Source: Tubiluchus corallicola
Taxonomy: Eukaryota > Animalia > Priapulida
Reading direction: 5' to 3'
DNA: 30,146 nt
Assembly: GCA_030141605.1 (NCBI GenBank)
Contig: JAQGDQ010001674.1
Span: 1-30,146 of the forward strand
Shown here one piece after another: positions 11,633 to 21,103 of this stretch. Within the stretch, counting starts at the first letter, position 1; every line of letters starts with the position of its first letter. Below the pieces are notes generated by a model. That model was not told the origin of the DNA, made no database searches, and worked only from the letters and a program-made list of their open reading frames with translations. The position numbers and the translations under genes were made by a program.

Positions 11633-12454
11633 GCCGTGACTTTTTCTCGTTCTCGCATTTCATGTAATAAGTTTTTCGTCAGTTTTGTGTAGTGACGACA
11701 CAAAAGAATTACTCCGCATTCTAAATTTTTACGACAACACGGATCCTATGACAACAACAAAAGGTCCGATAATGAAGCGATAATTGAGGGAGTGTTCTAA
11801 ATGACATATTCACCAAAAACGGATTCCACGACAACAGTAATTAGCGTTATAAGTGACATATCGAGGCAGTTAGGAGGAAAACCTATGCAAGCAAGTAACC
11901 AAAACCTTTCTGTTCTTATTTGTTGTTCTTTTCGTTTTTTTATTCTTATTTAGTAAGTTGAAATTTTGCAAAATTCAATTTAGTTTGTTGCATGTTGTCT
12001 GTAACATCCTACTGAGACAGAAGTTGATTCTGTTGTAAGTTGTGTTTATAAAGGAGTTGCTTGACCAGCCATGAAGTTCGAAAGTCCAATAAATTCAACA
12101 ATTTCAAAAACGTTCAAAAAGTGTTCCAAAATTAATCAAAGAAAATTAGATGTGTCACGTGGTCAAGCTTCTGGACTTTTAGTAATAGTTAGTGATAGTA
12201 ATTGTTACTGTGCTAAAAATGCTTGAAAAATTACATTAAATCAAATAGCAACGCTCGTGTTCTTCATCAAAATCTAAGAAATTGTTTGGACAGCAGAATT
12301 TACACAGCCTGTTGCGCAGTTCACGGGAAGCGCAAAAGCCAACTATTTTGCGCATGCGTTGTGCACAACATTAGCAACGTTAGATCATCTATTCAGGTAC
12401 AGTGTTTAGAACTTACCTCCGTTCGCCTTCCCGGAAATCCTGTCTGCTTATCTA

Positions 12455-12840
12455 ATTACCTATCTACCTACTTACCTACCTAACCAACGATCCAATCCCA
12501 CCTATCTACCAACCAAGCAACTTGCCTACCTACTTACCTACCTACATTCCTACACACCCATCTACTTATGAAACTATCTAGTTACCTATCTGCCTACCTA
12601 CCTACCTACCTGCTTACCTACCTACCTACCTACCTACCTACCTACCTACCTACCTACCTACCTACCTACCTACCTACCTATCTACCTACCGACCTACCTA
12701 CATACATACATACATACATACTTACCTCTCTACCTACTTACCTACCTAGCTACCTACTTACCTACCTACCCACCTCTCTACCTACTCACCTATGCATCTA
12801 CATAACTGGCTCCCTCCCTTTCTACCCACCTGCATACCTA
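12455..12840 (+). repeat. (CTAC)n / (ATAC)n tetranucleotide microsatellite
   Basis: Long cctacctacc run with degenerate flanks. Confidence 0.97.
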
Positions 12841-13146
12841 TTAGGCGTGTAGCTCAAGTTTAGCACTCACAGGCAGCGCCTTCTGCTAATGATAAACTGT
12901 TGTGGTAACACCGGCACCTATCTCATTAATCAAGAAAACTCTTTAATCTGAGACACTTAAATGGCTGAAGTGTCTTAATTATGTTCATATGAGCACATCC
13001 TGCAGGCGAAACTGCCTTTAACCAGTCTCCTACCCACTTACTAGCCAGGTCAGATGCTGTTTAACTTCAAAGCAAGCACACGCCGTGATGACTTAAGTGG
13101 CTGAAGTGTCTATTACTTAAATGGCTGAAGTGTCTGTAAGCGCAGA

Positions 13147-13978
13147 CTGCTTAAACTAACTAAAACGTCTACAGGTTAACTAATATTCACCAAACATTTT
13201 ACAAAATTAGCTATCTGTTCTTTTTGTAAAACCTTATTATGCTTTTGAAAACTGTTGATAGTGCACTACTGTTCTTCAGGGCAAGTGACGTCATTGAAAG
13301 AAAAATGGGCATTGAAAATGGGAGCGTCCAAGCATGAAGTGATCGTGACTTTAAAGTGACTTTACTAATTACACAGTTAGTATTACAGTTTTATTACTAA
13401 ATCTTTCTAACACTTTTCACGAACATTGAAAACAGCCTAACGTCCCAGAAGGCTTGAGCTTTCCTTTAATTTTCTTTATAATGAACTGTTTGCTATTCAT
13501 ACTGTAGTATATATAAAAATATGAGCTAACAATGTCATCGAAACATTTTTCATACAGTTTGCGTGCTGGAATTCATCATGGATTGACAAGACCAACATAA
13601 ACCTCATGGTTGTGGCACGACCGTAACCTTGCTTATTATGGAGGATAATCATCAAAGATGACTTACTGGATGACATTCCTCGTAATGGCCACATTCAGAT
13701 ATAACCACATCGTACCTCATCACAGTCTCGCGGTGTATCAAACTTGCTAGCATTCAACCCAGGAGGACACCACCCATTCGCTGTCCATTCTCACTGTTGC
13801 TTAATTTTAATTGCTAACACATACAGTGACCACTCGGTTATTAACCTCACCATGTGTAGTTATGTATTACCAGCTTGGTTTTTGGGAACTGACGTAAAGG
13901 TCTGGAGTACCAGACTAAAGGAAATGAAAATTGTTCGTTTTGGGCTGCTCGAAGTAGCTCTATAAAGCCATTTAGTTC
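13147..13978 (+). repeat. ~840-bp dispersed direct repeat, copy B
   Basis: Colinear with 10790-11632; paralogous spurious ORFs 11101-11286 and 13497-13694. Confidence 0.92.
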
Positions 13979-14062
13979 AACTTATCGAGACCTTTCTCAT
14001 GAGTTATACAGGAATACCAGTTTTCTCTCGCATAATTGGTAATCACTGATTGATCCTTGTAG

Positions 14063-14125
14063 ATATAGATACTCACCTTCACGTTCACCTGGGATTTACA
14101 CTAAGTAATAAGTGTGCTAAAACAG
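14063..14125 (+). CDS. Tentative host exon (63 bp, phase 1-1)
   Basis: ccttgtAG ... AG/GTAGG. Only one open frame: (D)IDTHLHVHLGFTLSNKCAKT(G). No recognised domain. Confidence 0.3.
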
Positions 14126-14291
14126 GTAGGGCCTGCACGAGATAACACTAACATTTAACATATTGCGTCCAAAGCATAGGTAACCAACTGTTTCATTTAC
14201 GACTTATTATGACAGGTGTTTGTCATTAAATCTCAGGTAATTTTTGGTAAATTACCATGTACTACGTCTGCTTAAAGATCCCCTTAAATAG

Positions 14292-14367
14292 TTGGCTGGC
14301 CTATTAACAAAGTTCGAAGAGACAATTCAACAAGGGGATTCAGAAGAGTCATACAATCCACTGCCAG
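14292..14367 (+). CDS. Tentative host exon (76 bp)
   Basis: taaatAG acceptor, weak AG/GTTGT donor. Two frames are open (LAGLLTKFEETIQQGDSEESYNPLP or GWPINKVRRDNSTRGFRRVIQSTA). Confidence 0.2.
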
Positions 14368-14391
14368 GTTGTCATGCACAACAAAAGTAAC

Positions 14392-14592
14392 CATTCTACT
14401 GGTGTTTGCTACAAAAAATTACCGAGTTTCCTAAGTGGTTACTTTTTTATCTCATTACTGCACATTAAGGGTAAACATCAAGCATTCGAGTTCGCTATTC
14501 TACTGGTATTTGCTAAAAGAAATTATTGAGTTTACTAAAGGTTACTTTTTTATCTCTTTAGTAGACATTAGGGGTAAACATCAGACATTCGA
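14392..14592 (+). repeat. Two-copy tandem duplication, ~105-bp unit
   Basis: attctactggtgtttgctacaaaaaatt...ggttacttttttatctc...gggtaaacatca repeated with substitutions. Confidence 0.85.
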
Positions 14593-14699
14593 AGTGGATA
14601 AACGTCAAACAGCAGTGCAAATTTACCCAGATAATATTAGAGCAGAGCATTAGAAACGAAACCGAAGTTTTTCTCTTTCTGTTTAAAAAATATTTCTAG

Positions 14700-14855
14700 G
14701 AAAAATATTACCTGGGAAATTACAGGTGTAAACAGCTGCACAGCAGTAACCCTTAAAGTTGAACTAACTGTTGAAAACAGCAAATCCTTCCACTATTGCA
14801 CTGCTACTAAACAAGTTGCATGCAGTCAAATTTACTTAGAAGCGATTGCTAACAG
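14700..14855 (+). CDS. Putative host exon (156 bp, phase 2-2), product unknown
   Basis: Pyrimidine tract then tttctAG acceptor, AG/GTAAGT consensus donor. Open frame KNITWEITGVNSCTAVTLKVELTVENSKSFHYCTATKQVACSQIYLEAIAN. Confidence 0.5.
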
Positions 14856-15749
14856 GTAAGTCGTTATTAGATTATCTGCAAATTCGCTTGCTGAGTTTTA
14901 CAATATTCAAAATGGCGACATTCAGTTGAAATAGCGCAAACATCGGCTGAAATCCTGGATGCAAAGCAAGATTGGAGCCAATGGTTTAAACATGTGTGCA
15001 GCAGTGGCGACTCTAATGACGTGTGTGATGTAACATTTCATCTGGGGAAAACTCTTTTTAACTCTAACTGGTATATTCTTAGTTTGAGGAGTAAGGTTTT
15101 CAAAAAATGTTTTATAGACCTACGCGTCATGAGCTTGATGATGAAATAGAAATAACAGATGTAGATCCAAGCAAATTTTTCTTACTTCTAGAGTATATTT
15201 GTGCTAGTCATGCAAACTCATTGGTGAAACTGTACTTGCTTCATTGTATACTGCTAAAAGTATAGAACTCGTGGACTTGAAGATCTTGCCAAGTACTTCC
15301 TGAAATCCAACGTTACTCAAGATGTTTGCACTATTTTAACAACGGCTTTATTTCATGATGAGAAATAGTCTTGTTCCATAAGCCACGTTTCTGTAAGTGC
15401 AGTTACTTGAGTAGGGGGTCTGAAGACCTTAATGTTGCCTTCACTGAATCTGCCGGGTTGTTTATATAATAACTGAATTTTGTTTCATTCAAATTCGAAC
15501 TCGTCACATTTTCGATTTGGCTGTGGTCCAATTTCAGCTCAACTTACACCATTCAGCTCAACTTAAAGACCGACAATTAACTGACCCGATTTTTTTACTC
15601 CATGTAACACAAGTGGAATGCATGGCAGCTGCAAAACACAACCAATTAAGACAATGTAAGGCAAAAGAAATTTAGGTTGTTGATTACTCTACACAGAAAA
15701 GTTTTTAAAGTGTTTTCATGGCGCTCTTTTTAAAGTTAACATTTGAAAA

Positions 15750-16444
15750 CACTTCGATGATGCGACTCCTCTTGACTTTGCGATAGTAGATGCGGCGAAA
15801 TTCGTACATCATGGTGTCTCCGTGCTCTCTCTCGATGGTGACGGTACGCAGAAGAGGCACCGAAGTGTGGGCCACGGGCGAATGTTCTATGTAATCCAGA
15901 TATATGAACAGGTTCTGTTGGCTGCAATTTACCTTGCAGTGGTGGGATGACTCCTATTCGCCTCGCATCAGCACCTTTTCCCCGTGTGCCAGAAACTCAT
16001 CATGTCTGGGATCGGCTTGCACAAGAACAGAGTGGAAAGTTCTCTCTCCACCTTTCAGTGAGAGTGTCTGAAGGTGGGATGAAAACTCATTTTGAAAAAT
16101 TTCCTGGGCAACTGTTTGCACACGTAGCGCATCAACTGTTCGGCGTCGCTGTAAGGACTGTTGGGCAGCTCTATGTGCTTGTAACTCTTGGAGTGCGAGC
16201 GAGAATTGCTCGCCACCGGCAACCTGACGTCCTGTTCATGGGTCATGAAGGCCACAGAAGCATTGCACTCGAACATGTAAAAAGAAGCGAGGATAGACTA
16301 TTTTCGTCAGACCCGCTTCCCACTCTAAATCCAGTTCCGATGCGTAAAGCAGCTGCACTCGGAAGCTGCCAGGTCTGTCATCCAGATGCTGTTCGGGCAA
16401 GGCGTTGGAAACCAGCAGCATGTAAAAGCCGGCGGGCCGGTCAT
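15750..16444 (-). pseudogene. Polinton minor capsid protein (penton-like, PX), frameshifted and 3'-truncated
   Basis: N-terminal GFYMLLVSNALPEQHLDDRPGSFRVQLLYASELDLEWEAGLTKIVYP resembles consensus FY.TLPSN...F.V.LP...L...WEVGL.EI.YP. C-terminal frame absent from the ORF track reads NLFIYLDYIEHSPVAHTSVPLLRTV...YEFRRIYYRKV, resembling LYVY.D.VE...VGD...PLLR.V. Confidence 0.8.
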
Positions 16445-17508
16445 GGCTTTACGAAATCTTCCACACTTATCCAGCTGGCGGACTCCTTCAGATAACGCAG
16501 GAACTTCACCAAGAAACGCTTATGTATTTCCCTGCCCTTGGTGCGGAGAACCCTCTCCACCCAGTAGATGTCGTCGGACTTTACAACCTTCTGCAATTCC
16601 TCCCGGTAGAATATGCCGCGAACCGGTTCATCCTCGTGATTCGTCAGGCGGCCAGGCTTCAGAACCGTCTTCGGATGTGAACAATTCTTTGGTCCAGTTG
16701 GGCAGACAGGATTTTTCGAAACGACTTTTGACCTTGGAAATGTGCACCAAATCTCCCACCCGCAATTTGTTCCTCCCGGCTTTTCTCCTCCTCCCACCGT
16801 ACAATTTTCTCCACAGAAGCATCCGTTTTTGCGCGTTCACCTGGCGAGGAACCATGCCTATGCTGCAGTGCATGGCGCCGTTGTAACCGTGCACCAGATC
16901 TTGGAGAAAATCTATCCATCTGAGCTTGTTGCAAGCTGTGAAAACTTTGAAACATCTGGATTTTAGTGTTCTGTAGAGCCGTTCCACCATGGACGCCTTG
17001 TAGGCGCTTTCGGTGGTGAAAAAATACATGCCATATTCTGTCAGGAGTTTTTGCACGTGTGCATTTTGAAATTCTCTACCCTTGCCTGTGTGTAACTTGT
17101 GCGGCACATGCCCTTCAGTCTCGAATATGGAGCACAGGGCCCACACTGTTTTGCTTCCGCCCTTGTCCTTCACCGTTCTCGCCCAGGTGTAGCGACTGAA
17201 ACAGTCAACCACCGTCAGCATGTGCTTGTAGCCATCGTTGTACTTGAAGAGGGCATCCATTATTACTAAATCTGCTTGCCATTTGTAATCGACTCCCCGC
17301 GTCAAAGTCTGGTGGGTGGGGTATCCTCGCTGTCTGGCACCCCTGTGAAGGGTGTAAGTGGGCTGGGCGCTCAACCACTCACACACTCGACGACCTGAGT
17401 GATCGCTGGCATGCTCAAGAGCATGCGCCTTTCCGTAGCCGGCCTATGCTACGTGATGGTGCAAGTCGTAGTAAATCCTAGAATTACGTCGTCTCCAACC
17501 TCGCTCAT
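16441..17508 (-). pseudogene. Polinton retroviral-like (rve, DDE) integrase with C-terminal chromodomain, inactivated
   Basis: Motifs RIYYD, EWLSAQPTYTLH, WQADL, LTVVDCFSRY, LHTGKGREF (second catalytic D replaced by G), KASMVERLYRTLK, YN...H.SIGM.P, VGDLVHISK...FEK...PNWTKELF. Frameshift near 16650 into GIFYREELQKV...YWVERVL...FLVKF..Y....SWI. Premature TAG near 17445. Confidence 0.95.
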
Positions 17509-17602
17509 CGGCTCGTTGGGGAGACCGTCGTCGTCGTCGCCAGCATGCCGGGAGTGACCAGTCTCAACCTGCAAATAATAACGATGATAATGACGATTTC
17601 CA

Positions 17603-17660
17603 AACCCTAACCCTAGCTTCCAATCCTAACCCTAATCCTAACCCCAACCCTAACTCTAGC
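17603..17660 (-). repeat. Degenerate (CCCTAA)n telomere-like tract inside the Polinton remnant
   Basis: aaccctaaccctagcttccaatcctaaccctaatcctaaccccaaccctaactctag. Confidence 0.85.
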
Positions 17661-17705
17661 TGCTAACTCGGACAATGGTAGCAACACCATCTGAGAACAC
17701 ATTTT

Positions 17706-18062
17706 CTATTTCTTATTTTTATTGCGAAAGGTCTTCATTGTTCTAGCTGCGGATACAGCAGCCGAAGTGGCACCAAATATACCTGCCAAGATGGGTATGA
17801 TTGGAAATATTCCACCTTTTTGCATCAGCACGCATCTTCTAGCCTGCAATGGGTCGAGCTAATCTTGCGATGTCCTTTCTACACTTTTATCTGTTTCGGT
17901 TTTAACTTCACGTTTCCGCATAGTATGATAAGAGCACTTTTTGCTATAAAAATTTGCCACATCTCCATCTGCCCATGTTAACAAATCTCTCCCCTGGTGG
18001 GAACTGGCGCGAGCCAACGGCCAGAGAAATGGTTTGTATCGTCTAATGCGACCCGGTGTCAT
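17706..18062 (-). pseudogene. Small basic Polinton ORF ending in QKGG + hydrophobic tail (pX/Mu-precursor-like), frameshifted
   Basis: Pieced across frames: MTPGRIRRYKPFLWPLARA...ADGDVANF / IAKSALIILCGNVKLKPKQIKV*KGHRK / VLMQKGGIFPIIPILAGIFGATSAAVSAARTMKTFRNKNKK*. Sits directly downstream of the ATPase. Confidence 0.65.
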
Positions 18063-18164
18063 TCTGACTCCAGCGCAAGTGGTGTTGATGAGGAAACCTT
18101 CAAATGGTATGGTGGCTTGCACACCGGGAATTTGCTGATCTCATTTTTGGGACAGGAAGATCAT

Positions 18165-18518
18165 TTATGGTGCTTCGTGTGGAAATATGGTGCTTCTTAT
18201 GCGAATGGCATCATCCGTTTCCTGTCGCAAATCGAAAAGCAGGTAAAAAAATGGCCCTGACGTTGTGCATTCGAATGCATCCACAAAAGATTTCGTTTTC
18301 CCCAGATACATTTGCCTACTCAACATTTCCACCTGCATCTTGTCACGCAGATTTTTGAACAAAACCAGGTAGTGCATGTTTAGACTGCGAGTGCGCGATT
18401 CTTTACTCTGCTGAAAAAGATTTTGCGTGATGAAGACCACAAAACATGGCTTGTGGTGTGCTAGCTTCGTGAACATGTCTGTCATCTGTTTCCAGCAGGC
18501 CAGTTCGGTCATTATGTC
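18165..18518 (-). pseudogene. Polinton A32-like (FtsK-HerA) DNA-packaging ATPase, C-terminal half
   Basis: DIMTE (end of Walker B) ... MFTKLAHHKPCFVVFITQNLFQQSKESRTRSLNMHYLVLFKNLRDK...FYLLFDLRQETDDAIRIRSTIFP. Walker A absent. Confidence 0.92.
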
Positions 18519-19355
18519 TGTGAAAGTTGTAACTGATTAACGGTTTTTCCCAGAAATGGAACCTAGAAAATACCATCCTCGAACTCTTCAAACGTCACAG
18601 TCAGACACTTGCAGCACCTGCAGTAGTACGAACCGACACCGCTAGTGCTAAAGTTCCCTCCAGACTGATGCTACCTGCAATTTATCTTGAACTCTTAAAG
18701 TCAACGTGTTGTTTTATTGAAGTATTTTGCGAAGTAGATCTTTTTCACAAATTAACTTGTAAATGTGGACAGATCGTTTTCCACACTGGAAGCGTAATAA
18801 TGATGGAGGAGCAGAGTTGGGAGCTTTCTTGCACGCTTTTGATAAATATAATGATTTCGCATACGAGAAGTTTGTTTGCCTGCTTAACGAATGCCACATG
18901 TAACTGCAGAATTAATTATTTCGTATCGCATAAACGAGTATATAATTGTATAATGAAATGTAGAGAATTTTAATAATTATTTTGTATTACGTAAGTGAAT
19001 GGAGAAATGCATAATCAAATGTGTAGAAACGTTCAGTTGTAGAAATCATTTGAATACATGAACAATAAATATTTATGAAAATGTGATTTTTGATGCTTGG
19101 AGAAGTATTTCAAACACTCTCTCTCAAAATCGAAATTTTCTCTGCAAAGCTCACTTAAATAACATATGCTGATGAATAAACAACACACTCTAACGTGCAA
19201 GTATTACGCAATCATAAAACATCACTTACACCACATTTCACTTCAAGTTTGCATTACAGCAACCGTGCATGCACAAACGTACACCTCATTTCACACACTT
19301 TCAGTAAATCAAAATTTTCACTGCAAGGGCCAATTAAATAGCACATGCTGATTGA

Positions 19356-19874
19356 TTGAATGGGGCAGAGTTGAAAAGAGTAAAGACCTTTAAGTATCTG
19401 GGTTCAATGACAGACGAGACTGAAGGAATGGAAAAGGAGGTGAATTTCAGGATTCAGTGTGGTTGGAATAACTGGCAAAATGTTTCTGGTGTGATATGCG
19501 ATAAGAGGATTCCAGTGAGACTTAAAGGTAAAGCACACAAAGCAGTGGTCAGACCCGCCCTAATCTATGGGCTGGAAGCAGCATCTCTAAAGAAGACCGA
19601 AGAGAAGAAAATGGATATGGCGGAGATGAGGATGTTGAGATGGATGGTGGGAGTAACAAGAAGGGATAAAATCAGGAATAGTAATATTAGAGGAACAGTG
19701 AAAGTAGTGGAAGAAGATAGAAGAAGAGGACGACCCAAGCTGAGATGGTTTGAATGTATTAACGGAGACCTTAGAGAGAAGAACATAAATGAAGAGATGA
19801 TCAACAACAGGAATGCATGGAGAAGACTCATTCACAACGGCGACCCCGCATAGGGAAAAGCTGGGAAAAAGAAG
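19356..19874 (+). mobile_element. RTE-clade non-LTR retrotransposon, 5'-truncated 3' fragment
   Basis: FKYLGS, RIQCGWNNW..VSGVICDKRIPVRLKGK..KAVVRPALIYGLE, EMRMLRWMVGVTRRDKIRN..IRG, RRRGRPKLRW, NRNAWRRLI..GDP. Short purine-rich tail, possible TGAT target duplication. The usual RLRWFGHV segment is missing. Confidence 0.93.
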
Positions 19875-20154
19875 TTGATGATAAATCGACGTGTTCTAAC
19901 GTGTATGTCTTCGTGTATTAAGCAATCATAAAAACAATTGCGTAAGATAATTATATATTCTTAGAGCAACCACGCATGCGCAAACCACCATCTCATTTCG
20001 CAACAAGTTAGACCAACCGCACATGCACAAACCTAAAAAAAGTTAGTCCAACCGCGCATGTGCAAACCTACATCACTTATACCACATTTAACACATGGAA
20101 AGTAATACCTGACGGTGAGGCCTAGGGGGTTAGGAGGAGGACTCACATGCAATC

Positions 20155-20220
20155 ATACCTTGGTTCAAATCCCACTTAAGGAAAACTTTCATTTATTTAG
20201 GGTTAGCAACTAGGGTAGAA
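20155..20220 (+). mobile_element. Possible SINE remnant (B box followed by TTAGGG-like motif)
   Basis: GGTTCAAATCCC followed by ttagggttag...tagggtag; loosely similar layout to 1-265. Confidence 0.25.
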
Positions 20221-20974
20221 TTATCATTATTTGAATGATGTTAGGGCAGTTCCATTATATGAAGGGTCCTCCCCCATCCCTCTCCTTCACCCCCCTCCCA
20301 GCCGACTGACCTGCATAGTCGGCGCATGTGCCGGCCATGACGTCACAAAAAAGATGGGGGTAGGGCACCCCCAAAGGTCAAAGGTCAAGGCCACACAGAG
20401 ATGATACATTGTCGCTACTTAGGTTAAATAGTTCTACTTCTTCAGTGTTACATGTGTTTCGCCATTCGCTAGTTAGACGGGAACTAGCATGCTGCATTTC
20501 GGAAGCGCATTGCATGAGAAACAGGTGCTGTACCTCTCCGTTCAGATGTGTTAGTTTCTGACGAACTACACACATTCATGCGTGAGCATCGCGGTGAATT
20601 CGAAATTTGAATTTTTAACTTAAAACTTGCCTAGTTTTAGTACTACACACTAAATATATCTTGCAGCAGAACGCTTTTCACACATACGTGCAACACGCTC
20701 GTGGAATATTTTTACGGTTCAAAATTATGTTAGAGTATGCTGTTGGGCTCGCCCACCGTTAATTAAGTTTTTAATCTATTATATAATTATCAGAAACGCG
20801 TTTGCAGTATTAATTGTGATTTTAAAATGGGGTAGTATATGAAAAATCATCCTGTCTTCCTCTTTAAATCTGTTGTAATGTTTTATAATTTTCATTTACT
20901 TGATAAGAGCTTGTTTACATTATATTGTTTACTATTAACCTAAGTGCTTTATAAACTGATAGTTGAGTGTGACT

Positions 20975-21008
20975 GGTTTTTGTCTTTATTATTATTTCTT
21001 TTTTGTAG
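20975..21008 (+). promoter_or_regulatory. Strong 3' splice acceptor upstream of composite copy 2
   Basis: tttttgtctttattattatttcttttttgtAG; homology with copy 3 begins a few bases downstream (21013). Confidence 0.55.
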
Positions 21009-21103
21009 TTCTCCAATCTGCGCCACTTCGTAAGGAATAGCACAAAATTCATAGTTACACCCTCGACCCGAAAGCCAAGTCCAAAGAGTCCCCATCTCTG
21101 ACA

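Larger units (their letters stand above)
15750..18518 (-). mobile_element. Degraded Polinton/Maverick (adintovirus-like) internal fragment
   Basis: GC-richer island carrying four co-oriented Polinton-type gene remnants (ATPase, small basic ORF, integrase-chromodomain, minor capsid). No TIRs, pPolB, major capsid or protease seen. Confidence 0.92.

Noticed and set aside
12568-12852. YLPT-repeat ORF
   Set aside because: Translation of the (CTAC)n microsatellite.
12843-12870. tRNA-like 5' end (GGCGTGTAGCTCAAG)
   Set aside because: No B box or cloverleaf follows.
15947-16966. Plus-strand ORFs over the Polinton region
   Set aside because: Antisense shadows of the minus-strand integrase and capsid remnants.
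20335-20392. CRE (TGACGTCA) and DR1-like AGGTCAAAGGTCA motifs as a promoter for the repeat ORF
   Set aside because: Short motifs common in repeats; no evidence of function.
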